From Lepidodermella squamata (lineage: Eukaryota > Animalia > Gastrotricha), in NCBI GenBank assembly GCA_047495785.1, contig JBLDXI010000002.1:1240001-1304000 (forward strand): 64,000 bases of DNA. The letters are read 5' to 3'. Of the stretch, positions 25,207 to 37,786 are shown piece after piece; the first letter of the stretch is position 1, and each line of letters starts with the position of its first letter. The translations under genes were made by a program, and so were the position numbers. The notes below the pieces were generated by a model. It was not told the origin of the DNA. It worked only from the letters and a program-made list of their open reading frames with translations, and did not search any database.

Positions 25207-28200
25207 TCACTCAACGCCGATCAGTTGGCTACACAAGTGCGCTAGGGCTGGACTATTTTCTTGTTTAAAACTAAGTAGAGCCTGGTGAAGGGCTTCTTTT
25301 TCGTGCGGATTCATGTCCGATTTCGTCGCAGAAAACTTTGTCTGGATCAAAGTCAGCAAGAGAGCAGCTTCTGCTGATAGCAGCCCGGTGTTTTGTTGCG
25401 GCTTCCCGGCAAATCGCAGACGATTCGAGTCCATCGTAATGGCCAGGGCTGCTTTTGCGAACCTCTCAGCAACAGCAGGGCTTTCGCCGGCTGCAATAGC
25501 TACCCGGGCGCGGTACATCAGGGCTCGCGGGTGGTTCGGGGCCATTCGGTCGAGCAGGACCAGGTAGACGGTCATGCAGGACTCGGCCTGTGACAAATCA
25601 TTGCGTTTTTCTCCGCCGTTCGAGTTGGCGAATCGAGTGACAAGGTGCAGTCGGCATGATAGCGCGATTTCGGACGCGACCAAACGACAGAACTGAAAGC
25701 AGAAAAATTAATATTTGCAGTTAATTCCATCAATTTTTCAAAAGATTAATCTTGATTGAGTACCCTATGCCCTCGATCAGGTGATATTATCAACCTTTGC
25801 CACAGTGAATCATTGTCTCAAATGAGGGCATATACATACATGTTATTTCCGGTGGGCCCATCGATGATTCATCCCACTATTTTGTAGCAACATGGGCTTT
25901 TTATCACGCTAATCGAAATTCGAGTGAAAAATGGATTAAACATGATTGAAAGCCAGAAAATAGTGCTCTTAGTTGAAATTCATATCATCAAGTGAAAATA
26001 TTTAAATTTTCAAACAAACCTGTTGAACGACATCATCAGGATCCTCGTGAAGTTTGCTCTCCAAAAGAGCAGACGAGGCTCGCAGGAGGCGCTGAATGGT
26101 TTGATAGCGCGATGAAGACTCGGGTAGTAGTGATGCTGCGACCAACGAAAATCTCAACGCACTGAAAGTAGGATTTTCGTCTTCCGCGTCCAGTTTTTGT
26201 TTGTCTTTCATCATCGACTCGATAATGGCAACGAGCGATTCTTGGTCAGATCGGCGCCACGCTTGACAGCCTCGGAATAATTTCAACCATGCGCCCAATT
26301 TCGAAGGGGACGAAGTTCCACCCCTCAGGCAAATCTCGATCTGTTCGAGTTCGCCGAGACAATATTCGCTGATCGAGTCGACTGAATTCGCCTTCAACGA
26401 CTTGGCGAACGAGGCTGATGACGAAGCTGGGACGCTGAGGGCTAGGCAAGACAGCAATTCCGTCAATAGGTCTCGCGACCTCAGCCAAGCCATCCGAGAC
26501 CACGGCTCATTCACAACAAACGATCGCTTGTTATCGAAGAAAATCGCCTGACTCGATGCATCTTCTTTCGACTCTGACTGAGCGGCTAGTGAGACCAAAT
26601 CTTTAATGGCTGAAGCGTCGAGACCATACAGCCAGCCGAAACGGCGCAACTCGCCCACTGAACCAGACAACTTTGCGACAGCTGAAGCCTGGAAAAAGTA
26701 GTAACGTGCGAAAAAGCACAGCGGCAGGGGCAGCTGCAGAATTGAAACGCCAGCTGTTATGTAGGAATCTTCAAGGAGCTGGTGGAAATGACGGTCAGAG
26801 CAGCTAGTTGTCGCCATAGCATAGGCCGTTTCTTGCAGACTAATCGACGATAACGCCAAGCTCAGGCGGGTACAAACAGGCAAATCAATCTTCCCCGAAG
26901 CCGCTAGTTTCACAATTCGTTGCTGTATGCTCGCGCATGTCGTCAGACGACGATGAAGAATCGTCGGTTGCAGAGGACCGTCAGCCAAAAATTGAACCAT
27001 CCAAACCGTTATCGAAGTCCCAATTCGACCCATATGACCGACTTGACGGGCAACGGCCCACATGAATGATAAGCATACGTCCAGGGAGGTTTGCGGCAAA
27101 GGGTGGCCCATCAACGCACATGCTGATGATAGTTGAACGTAGGCGGCTGAAAAGTGGCCATTCGCTATGTGGTCGTGAGCGCATCGAATGTGTTGTTTCA
27201 CGTCGGTATCGATATCTCGCTCGGTATTAGTAGCCATGATTTCTTCCGGTAACACAAAAATTCGGGCGACGATCCATAGAAACAATAGCGTGTGAATCAT
27301 GCCAGCAACGATGTAAGTTGGTGTAAGCCATTGTAGGTATGTCGCGTACGATGAAGAGCCAGAGTCTAGGCTGCCGTAGTCGTAAACACGTTCCAGCTCA
27401 TGGTCGTGGCCGAAATGAGCGAAACTATTGGTTGCTTTTTCTGATGGCGGTGAAACGGCGACGAAGGGGTTCCAGAAGAACAGGACTGAGAATAGTACGC
27501 AGGCAAGAACAGTTTTGCCTTGAGGAATCGCCGCAGTCGCTGCTGGGCCTGGTCGAGCGACTGGAACTTTCTTCGCCACAACCGAAGCTGGTTTCCCGAT
27601 AGGCATTGCTGTCGGCGGCTGAGAAAGAAAATTAGGCGAGTGGCGATTTGCACCTTGTGAAGAGCTTCCGCCATCACTGAAGGGAGATGAAGATTGAACA
27701 GAGGTGGACGGCGACAGAGGCGAATACGATGAAGGTGAGGGGCCGGGAACATTGATACGCGCCTTTTGAACCGGAACATCGTCACTGGCATTTGAAAGTG
27801 GACCGGGCGAGGACGATGAAGTTGACGTTGATCCACCTTGCCTGTGTACCACGCCTGGCGGCCAGGCTTGCTCCGTCGGATACGAACCTCCGGGGACAAA
27901 ATCGACACCCATCGAGCGATTTAGAGCGCACTGCAATGTGTACACCTGAGCCCTCAAGTTGGCATTATCATTTCGCAGAAATTCATTTTGACGCCGCAAT
28001 AGCTTAATGAGTTTGATGGCATTGTCGAGGGCTGTCCATTTTTGCATCTGAGGTTTACCGTCAGGGGTGAGGAGAGTACAAAGCTCGTCCATTTTAGAAT
28101 TTATTCTGTTTCGATATTTCTGCTCGACTTCTCTGTGCCGAGCTCGATCGCGGGACTTGGGAGGGCGGCCTGTACTTTGATTATCGTCGTTCATCTGATA

Positions 28201-28669
28201 AGACGCCACGGATGGCGGAATTTCACAGCCGCTATTGCTGTTTGACGAATGATCGATACCAGGATGGAAATAAATAGGGTTCGCACCGAGGCCATGAGAA
28301 TCCATGGGTGTCAAGTAATCTTGAAGCAAAACCTACAGGTTTATAATTAAACAGGTATGAAAAAATGCACAGCCTGAACCTGAAAAAAACTTACATTCGG
28401 TGGAACGCCAGAATTAGGAGCCATATTAAATCCCGCGTACTGCATAGGGACGGGCTCGCCGTAAAATTTGACGTCATCCACATGTAGACGGTGACTTTCT
28501 CCGGCAGCTTCGAGGGGAAAGTTCGATAAGAAATCTCCGTCCAAGGTTAGAACTAAGGATGATAAAAAAAAAATCAAAACAATTGTTGAACATCGTACTG
28601 ACACCAATACTTACATTTTTCATCCGCAAGAAGCTCCAGGTCGTGAATCGGATCGTTTGCAGCCATCAT
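25207..28669 (-). CDS. SREBP: Sterol regulatory element-binding protein (bHLH-Zip, two TM segments, C-terminal regulatory domain); exons ~28669-28615, 28552-28395, 28332-26020, 25692-25207
   Basis: The bHLH basic region HREVEQKYRNRINSKMDEL carries the SREBP-diagnostic Tyr, followed by a leucine zipper. TM1 is VLACVLFSVLFFWNPF with NP, then TM2 and MGHPLPQTSLDVCLSFMW. Acidic N-terminus. Confidence 0.88.
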
Positions 28670-28781
28670 TATAGGCTATAGGAAACTCATTTATTCTCAG
28701 TAATCCAAGTCTATTAACTAAAATTACAAATCTTAATTCAAGTATTCCTGCAATTATTTTCGATCAATCTATAATATACAG

Positions 28782-28811
28782 CCCAAGGCCCAGGGCCCAG
28801 GGCACAGGGCC
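28782..28811. repeat. Short 7-bp tandem repeat (GCCCAGG-like x4) upstream of SREBP
   Basis: gcccaaggcccagggcccagggcacagggcc. Confidence 0.6.
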
Positions 28812-29339
28812 AATTCCCGATAACAATGAGTCATTCGGACATATACGGACAATTTACCGGATTCTGAATTCTAACAGTTAAGAAACATAACTAGATTCGC
28901 GTTTTTCAAAACCTGATGCGAAGGAACTTGGATATAAAAGTTTAGAATGATTCAGTAACCGGTTAAATAGCTCGACACCGAGTTGACGAAGTACAAAGTC
29001 TCACGTGAGCAGCAGGCAACCTCTTTGAGCCTAAAAGTCCGACCGACAGTGGTCTGATTTTTTTTTAAATTCTTGGTCACCTGATCAAGTTTGTGAAGGT
29101 CGAATTTGATTTTAGCCGAATTCAATAATAACATTAAAAAATTTGAATTTATTAATTGAAAAAATAATTCTATGCAACAATTAAATGCCGCGTGTGATTC
29201 GAATGATGAACGATTTCGATTTTCAAGTGTTGAGTCTTCGGTCCAGTCTTCTGTCTTTAGTCATCAGTCTGCCTGAAACGTGACTAGGATTATGACCTTT
29301 GAATTTTTCAAATTCAAATTTCATGAATATTTTCGATAT

Positions 29340-29932
29340 TCGATATCTATGTACTACCATAGTTCTTTATTGTAGCACAGTATGGTCTCCTAGGTTTATC
29401 GGTGACCAGAAGTTGTTACAAAGTGTTCAAAAAATTTTTACGTGGCGAGTCATGAAAACACACGACTATGAATCAAGGCTTCGTTCTCTTAATCGCTTAA
29501 GTATTATTCAACGCCACCAAGTAAGGGACCTGTGCGTTACAAATGATATTCTAAAAGGAAATGTTAACTTGCATTACCACTTGCTTTTTCGATATTAAAA
29601 AATCTAATTATGACACGCGTAGTCATAAGTATTATCTCTTAATGCGTAAATCTCATCTCGATGTATTGTATAATTTTTTCAGCTATAGAGTAGTTAATAA
29701 GTGGAACAAATTGCCTGTAAATATTATTGATATCAAAAACAGACTTATCTTTAAAAATAATGTTAAAAATTCTATCTCAATGCTGTGATGCGGATGGACA
29801 GGGCGCATAAGTGTCCCTGGCTCCAGATTTATCAATATATATGTGATATATATAACTACTTAGTATCTATATGATAGATACCCAAAAAAATTGTAACATG
29901 TTGGGAGCAAAAATAAAACTAACTAACTAACT
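29340..29932 (+). mobile_element. 5'-truncated CR1/L2-like non-LTR retrotransposon 3' end (broken ORF2 C-terminus)
   Basis: YCSTVWSP....D...LQSVQK.FT...YESRL..L...S...R....DL, TRSH, FFSYRVVNKWNKLP. Frameshift near 29590. (AACT)n tail at ~29917-29932. Confidence 0.8.
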
Positions 29933-31489
29933 CATGAGTGGAGCGTTGGTTGCGTATCTCGAGGGTCTTGGATGCTAAAGGATTTTTTGAAGACTGCTAT
30001 TTATCTCGCCCCCTAACGACACCTCGTCTATCTTCTGACTGGTCTATCTTTCTGACCCCAATCCCCCTTCCACATTTCTTAAGACCACTTCCGCTTCCTC
30101 CGTCGGGGGTTGTGGAAGGCGTGGGTGAGGGGGCTCTTCCACGAACTTCATACATCGCGTTTTATCACCCCCTCGGCTACCACTAACCTAACAAATCTAG
30201 GTCTATGTTCATTCTGTAGGTCTATGGCCCCAACGATAGGTCTGCGGCTGGGCTTATATTTCTGATCGTTTATTGTTACTTAGAATTAAGTACGCAATCG
30301 GTGAGCATAACAACGGCAAATTCATTGTTACGCAATGCTGTATTACGCAACTTCTACAGCATGCCCTGAATGCTCACCGTGTCCTTGATTACATTGATTA
30401 CATTGATGTACTTTTTTATAAGCGAAACTTGAACAAAAGTTAAAAGATTTGAAAATCAATGCATAATAGGCACTGCGCATGAGTAAACTCAAGCGGCTGT
30501 GTTTCCAGATAGCTGGATTATAAGCATTCATGGATGAGAAATAATCTTTAGTTGACTGTTGACTGATGGCTTCACGTCAACCGACCTCCTGAATAATCGG
30601 TACTCTGATAATTCATATCACCCGAACAATCAATAAATTACAATTCCCGGAAAGTCTAGTGCAGCAATAGTCGGGACTCGATGTTGACACTAGTCCGGTG
30701 AATCAAAATCTCACAAGATCCATGACCAATAGGAACGATAAGTCTTACTGACAAGTTCGCAGTCATCACCTTCGCCATCTTCCCGCAATCAAATTCCGCA
30801 AAAGACAATTTGGCGAAATTACCTATCGTAAACAGTGCATTGCGATCCGCAATCGAACTGTCGAAGAATTATGCTGGACCATCTTGTCTTGTCTCTTGTC
30901 TCTTTCATGATATACAAATTATATCCTGCATATCATGTAGCTAACGGATTACTTGATCAGAGACCAAAATCGCAGAGATTTTGCTACTTCGCTTCATTTA
31001 AACGTTTCCTTGTGGCTTCTACTCAAGACTCAAGTCCGAAGCCAACACAATGGTTTCCATAAATGAGTGACGAGTCAGAAGAAATGCCGGTCATCGGTCA
31101 TTCTCTGAAATCTGAAGCTCTAAATCCCGTCCCCCTCAAATGTTATTACCCGTCAGTGTAAAAAGTAAACTCCCACATTTTCACGATAATCGCGCTCAAA
31201 TGTTCACTCTAGTTCAACACATTTCGCTGAATCCTATTGTCTAATTATTTGTTTGCTGTGGAATTTCACTAGCTCGCTCTGACTCACACTTCGTGCGCTG
31301 GAGCCACTTACTGCGGAGACTGCTGAAATAATAATTAACCTTTGATCATATGCCACGATGCGTATTTGAAGTTTTACTGCAAATATTTTCCCGCTTGATG
31401 AACATCATAATATCAGCAAGCATTTACAGTGATTGCAAACCGTTATATTAAAGTACAAATCTCGAAATAAATCATATCAGTCAACTTCG

Positions 31490-33052
31490 TCAAGACTTGG
31501 CCTCGGGATCATTTGGAATGACTGGATATTGAACAACTGGCTGGCTAGAATTGCCAACTGCATAGACCCCATGTGGAACAGAGCCATACATCGGAGCTGT
31601 CGCAGGAAGCTGCTGACGATGCGATGAATACTGGTCAAACTTTCCAGACGAGTAAAATGCAGTAGTAGCAGCCGCGAGACGCTGGTGCTCCTCGCTCGAA
31701 TCGCAGCGACAGCAAGGGCCAGGGAAACGCCTCATGCCGAAATCGACGACCCAGAAGAGTAAGGCAAGTGTAATGACAACAGGCTCCACCCATCTATTGC
31801 CCAGGGCTCCGAACGCCCAGCTTGTTCCGAACATAACTAGTAAAATGATGGTTTCGACGATGAAAAATGCCAAAGAAGTCTGCGATTGGCAATTCGTTCG
31901 GTAATGCTGCGTCCCTATCACTGTCATCAAAACAACAAACAAGTGCCAGATTAGATACGGTGCAACTGTCATCAACATTAGAGACTCCTGCTCTGTGTCA
32001 TGATTCCTTTTATATGATGGTTGGTAGTAACTAAGAGGATCAATGTAGTTTAGAATGGTGTTGCGATCTCGGTTGTACTCAACAGCGAAAAATTGCCAGT
32101 AGACCATGAAAAAGGCTGCGAATAAGCTGAACATGACATGGGCAAATTTCGTCCACCCAGCACTTACAGCCCCGCACTTTTTCGGGTACACAGTCACATC
32201 TTCACTGATCGAAGGCTGAGGCACTGGGCTGTGCTCGTACTTCCATTTGTGATTTAGGATATCAATCAAATGAATGAGAAGTAAAAAGCTCGAAAACGCA
32301 ATTACGGAAATTTCCAAGTTCGACAAAGAGATCGCGCCGTTGTAGTCGTAAAAATCGAATGGGTACCTGTGACTTCTTCCTACCTCGTCACTATTCACAA
32401 AAAAGTAGATCATAGTGGCCAACGAAGAAATCTGAATCAACGTGTCCAAGGCGTAAAGTGCGCCAATATTGACTACTTGCGACTGGGTTTCGTAGCGATC
32501 TCTCAAAGCTAGAGCGTAGACGAAGCATCCGTGTGCGAAACTCGCGAAAATCGGCCAAAACATCGGAGTTACCACGTCGTAGCAGTCTGTAATGCATTTG
32601 CAGTAGATATCAGCATCCAACCGAGATGTTGTCATTGAACGGTGGTTCTTTGGTGTAGTCGGTGCAAGGTATTTATCGCAGTTTGTAATGCAAGCAGAGT
32701 TGAAGAAATATACAAAAGCTACAGCTAAAATCAGTGCGATATTGACAACACTGAAAAGGCAGTTGAAGACCTTTGTCGCAGTTGCTAGGCCTTGGCTCTT
32801 GAAAATGGGAGATCCGCGAATCCCTGGGAACTTCAGCAGCTCCTTTCGCTTAGCTTCCCAGGATCCACTTCTGTCGGCATAGGTTCCTCCGTAGGGTGAC
32901 ACAACGATAACCTGTTGGTAGGGCTGGCCGACTACATATTGCTGAGGCGGATAGCCAGGATGGCCGGGTATGATCGGCCCTGGTTGTTGATGCTGAGGCG
33001 AAACAGCCTCGTAGGCTGGCGGTTGGTCATAGGCGTAAGTTGGCTGAGCCAT
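31490..33052 (-). CDS. Intronless 520-aa polytopic membrane protein (two tandem 4-TM units; Pro/Gln/Tyr-rich termini with PPxY)
   Basis: Long ATG-initiated ORF with eight hydrophobic segments, N-terminal QPPAY and a Cys-rich first loop (CITNC...CKCITDC). Confidence 0.8.
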   Translation of the reverse strand: MAQPTYAYDQPPAYEAVSPQHQQPGPIIPGHPGYPPQQYVVGQPYQQVIVVSPYGGTYADRSGSWEAKRKELLKFPGIRGSPIFKSQGLATATKVFNCLFSVVNIALILAVAFVYFFNSACITNCDKYLAPTTPKNHRSMTTSRLDADIYCKCITDCYDVVTPMFWPIFASFAHGCFVYALALRDRYETQSQVVNIGALYALDTLIQISSLATMIYFFVNSDEVGRSHRYPFDFYDYNGAISLSNLEISVIAFSSFLLLIHLIDILNHKWKYEHSPVPQPSISEDVTVYPKKCGAVSAGWTKFAHVMFSLFAAFFMVYWQFFAVEYNRDRNTILNYIDPLSYYQPSYKRNHDTEQESLMLMTVAPYLIWHLFVVLMTVIGTQHYRTNCQSQTSLAFFIVETIILLVMFGTSWAFGALGNRWVEPVVITLALLFWVVDFGMRRFPGPCCRCDSSEEHQRLAAATTAFYSSGKFDQYSSHRQQLPATAPMYGSVPHGVYAVGNSSQPVVQYPVIPNDPEAKS

Positions 33053-33984
33053 CTCTATTTTTTGTTCCCAGTTGAAACTGGACTTTTTTCCTGTGATGCG
33101 TGATATAAGCTAACAAATCCTATTCATTCAAGCTTATCATGTGTTTATTGTTTCGGCTTATCATACCGCGAGTTTTCGTCACGCTTGACTGATCTTCTGG
33201 AACTTCGGAGCTTATAACCTCTGTGCAAAAGCGATTTGCCAGCTGATAATAGTTCGGCGGATGAGTCAGACACATTTGGGGCAAATTGGTGACTAAATCA
33301 CGACATAAGATTGCGCGAATGAAACTGGTTCTTTGAGAAAGTGGCGGGAACAGGGTCGAGACTGAAACTACTGCCTTTAAGCGTGCTTATTCAAGGTAAT
33401 CAAGGTCTTTAATTAGAAGCCAGAATTATCTGAGAAAACCTTTTCTCACTTCCGTGACCATTGTGATCTCGTTCGCTGCTGCATTTTCTCTACTAGTTCC
33501 TTAGCATCATAAAAACACAATATTTTCGTAAATATCCAGTTCTTTACTTCAGTTATAGCACTAGTACAGAGTATACAAAGAATTTTTCATATTTTTTACA
33601 ATGGTCATGAAAGCGACAACAAAGAAGAACACGTAAGAAAGGGATGACCCACGAATCATTACGTAACCGTCCAGCATGATCATTGACAAGCAATTTATAA
33701 GATGCTTCAAAAATCAGTCAAAATTGACTCCATTGTTTATATTATGAAGAATAGCACGAGTTAAGGAAGACCGCTAAATTCACTGAATTTTCGTGCGGAT
33801 CACCGTATGTAACTGATTGTGAAAAAGATATAGAACAAAATAATATGCGATGGAATAACAGAAATTCCACGTCTATGATAACGTTGATTATTGTTTCAGA
33901 TGTCATTCTCGTTGTAACAGATCATTTTTCTATCATGACTCGATTTTTTAGCTCAATAGCAACAACAAGTGATAAAATTTGAAA

Positions 33985-35091
33985 TCAGTATTTTTTCGCT
34001 GCGATTTTCCAGTAGAGGCGCAGCGCCGTTTCATCGGGATAGCTGAGTGTCTGGTCAACAAACAACCGCTTCAACGTCGCCGAGTCTAGCAGCATTTCAG
34101 ATCGAGTCAGCGACGCAAAATCCGGCTCAGTCGATATTACAACATCCTTCGGCTCGAAATTTGAAAAACTACTACGTTGCTGATCACTATTACTACTCAA
34201 CGCCGGCGTCAATTTCAGTGAAATGAATTTTTTAAGGTGGAAAAGTGTCATGGCAACCGGGCATCGTAGCCACATGTCTGAAAGCAGCAATTCCTGCGGA
34301 TTTTCGGCATTTTCAGCCCTACATTTCAGTGAAACTGTTATGCACTCCTCGGCCATGGACGCCGCTTCAATCTCACGCTGTTTCTGCTCTTTTACAACCT
34401 GATAACGAGGCAACTGTCCCGGCAAACGTCTCTGGCGTTTGCTGTTACTCGACTGCGATTGCATTTCTGATGAACTAGTGATGTTATTATCGTTGTCTGA
34501 CTGGACTCGCATGACATTTGTGACTTCGGTCGGCTTTTGAGCTGGACTGTTCAGATTTGTCTCGTCTTCGAATCTTCGCCGTCTTTTTCGCTCCTCGACT
34601 AGAACATTGGGTAACAATTTGAACATCACGTCTTGCAGTTTCGTATCCTGTCGCATTTTCTGGAATGGGTCAGTCTCGGAAATTTCCGTACCGCAACTTG
34701 GGCAGTTAATATTTCCTTAAAACAAATTTTTAAAAATCTGAAGAACTTTTGAAAAAATTAGAAAAATTACCAGCGAAAACGTATTGCACAATGCAACTTC
34801 GGCAATCTGAAAATTTAAAATTGTTTTTGAAAATTTTGAAATTTTAAAAATATTTAAAAAAAAATTGCTTACAAGTGTGAAGGCATTCAATCAGCGTTGT
34901 AGCATCAATAAAATAGCCGAAGCATAATTGGCACGTGAAAAGCGGATTGAGCTCATCCATTCGAACTAGTCTCTGAGAAATAATAGGAAAATTATTCATT
35001 TTAATGGAAAATTCTTGGTGAAACCTACAGCACAAGGGTCATCTTCTGGCACTTCAATAGCATCAGGAGTGCTCGAGGTAACTGACGCCAT
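33985..35091 (-). CDS. PCGF: Polycomb group RING finger protein (PCGF / Psc / BMI1 family), 4 exons
   Basis: Spliced RING: [33 protein letters not shown]...CPSC...DP...MRQDTKLQDVMFKLLP. C-terminal RAWUL-like WLRCPVAMTLFHLKKFI...LRLYW. Confidence 0.9.
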
Positions 35092-35251
35092 GTCTTCACA
35101 AATTTTTCGTCAACACAGCCATGGAAATAATCACTCGAAAAAATCGTATAAAAATAGTATTAATTGAGTCTAAACAAAAAAATTAAAAGCTGGATTGAAA
35201 TAATTATCTCCGATTTTTTCGGTAATTAAATTGAGCAAATAACAACAATTT

Positions 35252-37786
35252 TTATTTTGCATTGGTCGGCTTGAATTTCCGCTTTTTCTGCAGCGGCCGG
35301 CTGCGTTTTTTCGCCGCCGGGCTCATTTTCTTCTTACCACCACCAGGCGATTTCGGCTCGCCCTTCGCCGGCGAATCTCCCTTAACAATTTTCGTAATAT
35401 CGCCCGAGGTTTTGCCGGCCGAGGCTGAAGCGCCGGCCTTGAAAAACCACTTCCGACGCAACATCGACTTCTCCTCGCGTTGTTCTTCCTTCAAAACCGG
35501 CTTTTTACCGAATTTTTCGCCTTTAACCGGCTTAATATTTTTCGGTTCGGTTTTTTCTGGCTGTGAAGTTGAGACGGTCACTCGCAATTTTCGGCCCTCG
35601 AATTTCGACCCGTTTTTCGTATTCACGGCCTCTTGGACTGCCTCTTTCCGCACGAATTGAATGTAGCCGAAGCCTTTACCCAGGCCGGTGTATCGATCGC
35701 GAATTATTCTGACGTTGACAATTCCGTCATCGGCTGATTTTTCCTCAGATTCGTCGCATTCTTCCGTTTTTACTTCACTGCCAGGCTCGTCTTTTGGTTT
35801 AGCCGAGGATAAATCGGCAAAGTGAGCCCGCAATTTTTCCTCACTGACAACTTTAAAAATTCATGAAATAATGAAACATAATAAAATAAAATAATACATA
35901 TTTTTTCAAATTTCAAATTTTTTTTTTAATTTTGAAAAGTAAACAAATTTATTGAAAATTAAAAAAAATCAAGCAAATTTTTAGCAAATTTTTCTCTACA
36001 GTGGTTAAATATTAGAGAGCTCGGAGTAAGTTTAGTATATTTACTCTGGTCAATGGACCATATCTCACGTCACGGCTCATTGAGAGTAGCAAAAAAAGCT
36101 GGTTTTATCACGTACCAAACGGTAGATTTCCGACGAAAATGCAGAATTCGTGAGAATGCTTGAACGTGGCAAACACAGAATTATTATGCTTTTTTCAAGG
36201 TAATTAATTTGAATAATTTATACTTCTTTAGTTTCAGTCGCCGCTCCGTGCTTGCCGCCGCGTTGTTGGCAATAATCGACGCGAATGTGGTGATCTCTCA
36301 GTACATAATTGTTGCTTTTATAAAGAAGCCGTGAAAATTCAACCGTGAAATGCAAGCAATTATTAATAATGAAACTTACAGTGCAAACGATTTCTCGATC
36401 GATTCCTTGTTCTTGAATTTTACGAAGCCGTTTATGCGGTCAATGTCCGGGTGAAATTCATCGCGCCTAAGAAAATGGAAATAAAATCATCAACAATTTA
36501 GCGAACATTCAAAAAATCTCATCTGTCTAGTCTTTCAGGTTAAAACGCCCTGAAGTGAAATTTGAGATATTTTAACAGCTTACAATTTTAACAGCTTATA
36601 AGAAAAAAATTGAAAATTATTCCTTTCTTGAATACAATTGATGAAGAGCAAAGGGACGCCCGATCGTTACCGTGAACTGTGAATCGCGAGTACAGACCTG
36701 AAAATCAGGGCCCAAGAACTTGTAATGTTGATATTTCAGTCTATAGCTCTAAATTTATCCCAAAACATGTATATAAAAAATTAACACTTCCGTTTTCTTC
36801 CTCAATGCTTGGATGAAATACTTGTATAAAATATTTGTCAAGAAAAAAATTCAAAAATTCATGAATTCAAAAATGAAATCTAAAAATTTATAAAACTTAC
36901 GAGCTAGAACGCTCAACTTAGGAGCAGGAACCTTTATTTTACCCATGCTTCTCTATTCAACCAAATTTCATGAAAATTTGAGGAAAACATACATAGAGAG
37001 ATTAAAATTGGTTTGGTATTGAATATTGAATTTTTCTCAATTTCCAGGTAATTCTTAAAATAAAGCCAGTTCAAACCGGAAGGCAATGAATTTCTGGCTT
37101 ATTTCTCGATCACTACTCCTATTTGCAGTCAAACTCTCCAATCACCATCGTAAAATCCTCAAAATTGCAAAAATAAAATAATTTTTGAACCCGTGTTAGC
37201 TCAAAATTTACCCAATGTTAGAGTACCAATTTACGCAAGAAAAATTGAGTACCATCTAAAATTTTAATTTTTTTCGAGAAAATGGAACTTACTTGATAAC
37301 TGCGACTCTCTTCGGCGTTTTGCCCTTGCGGCCAACCGCACTTCGAAACCGAACCGAATCAACCGGCCCAAATTGCGAGAAAAGCCGCGTGATTTCCTTC
37401 GCAGTCACATCAACCGGCAAATTACCGACAAAAACCGTCCGTTCGGCATCGACGTCAAATTTCCCGCGTAGCAACGCGATTTCTGACCGAGATAGGCCCT
37501 TCACAGAGCCGGGTTCAACCTTCATTTTGGCGAATTCTGAATCGACCTCCTGCTCTTCCTCTCCGCTTTCCTCGGCTGGTTCATCCATCAAATTGTCCTC
37601 TTCTTCATGCACGAAATCGTCCATATTTTCAGCATCCTCCTCAGCGTCGAGTTCATCTTCGAGATCTGACGTGATTTCAAGCTGTTTCGGCTTTTTCTTA
37701 GCACTTCTCGGGCTTTTGAACGCCTTTTTGTTAGGACTCTTCGACTTTCTAGGACTTGCGTTTTTCGGCGATTTCAGCTTGGTCAT
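35252..37786 (-). CDS. RBM34: Nucleolar two-RRM protein RBM34/Nop12, multi-exon
   Basis: Lys-rich and acidic N-terminus; ERTVFVGNLP...FGPVDSVRFRS; small internal exons (...DHHIRVD, FCIFVGNLPF); VRIIRDRYTGLGKGFGYIQF...GRKLRV; basic C-tail. Confidence 0.88.
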
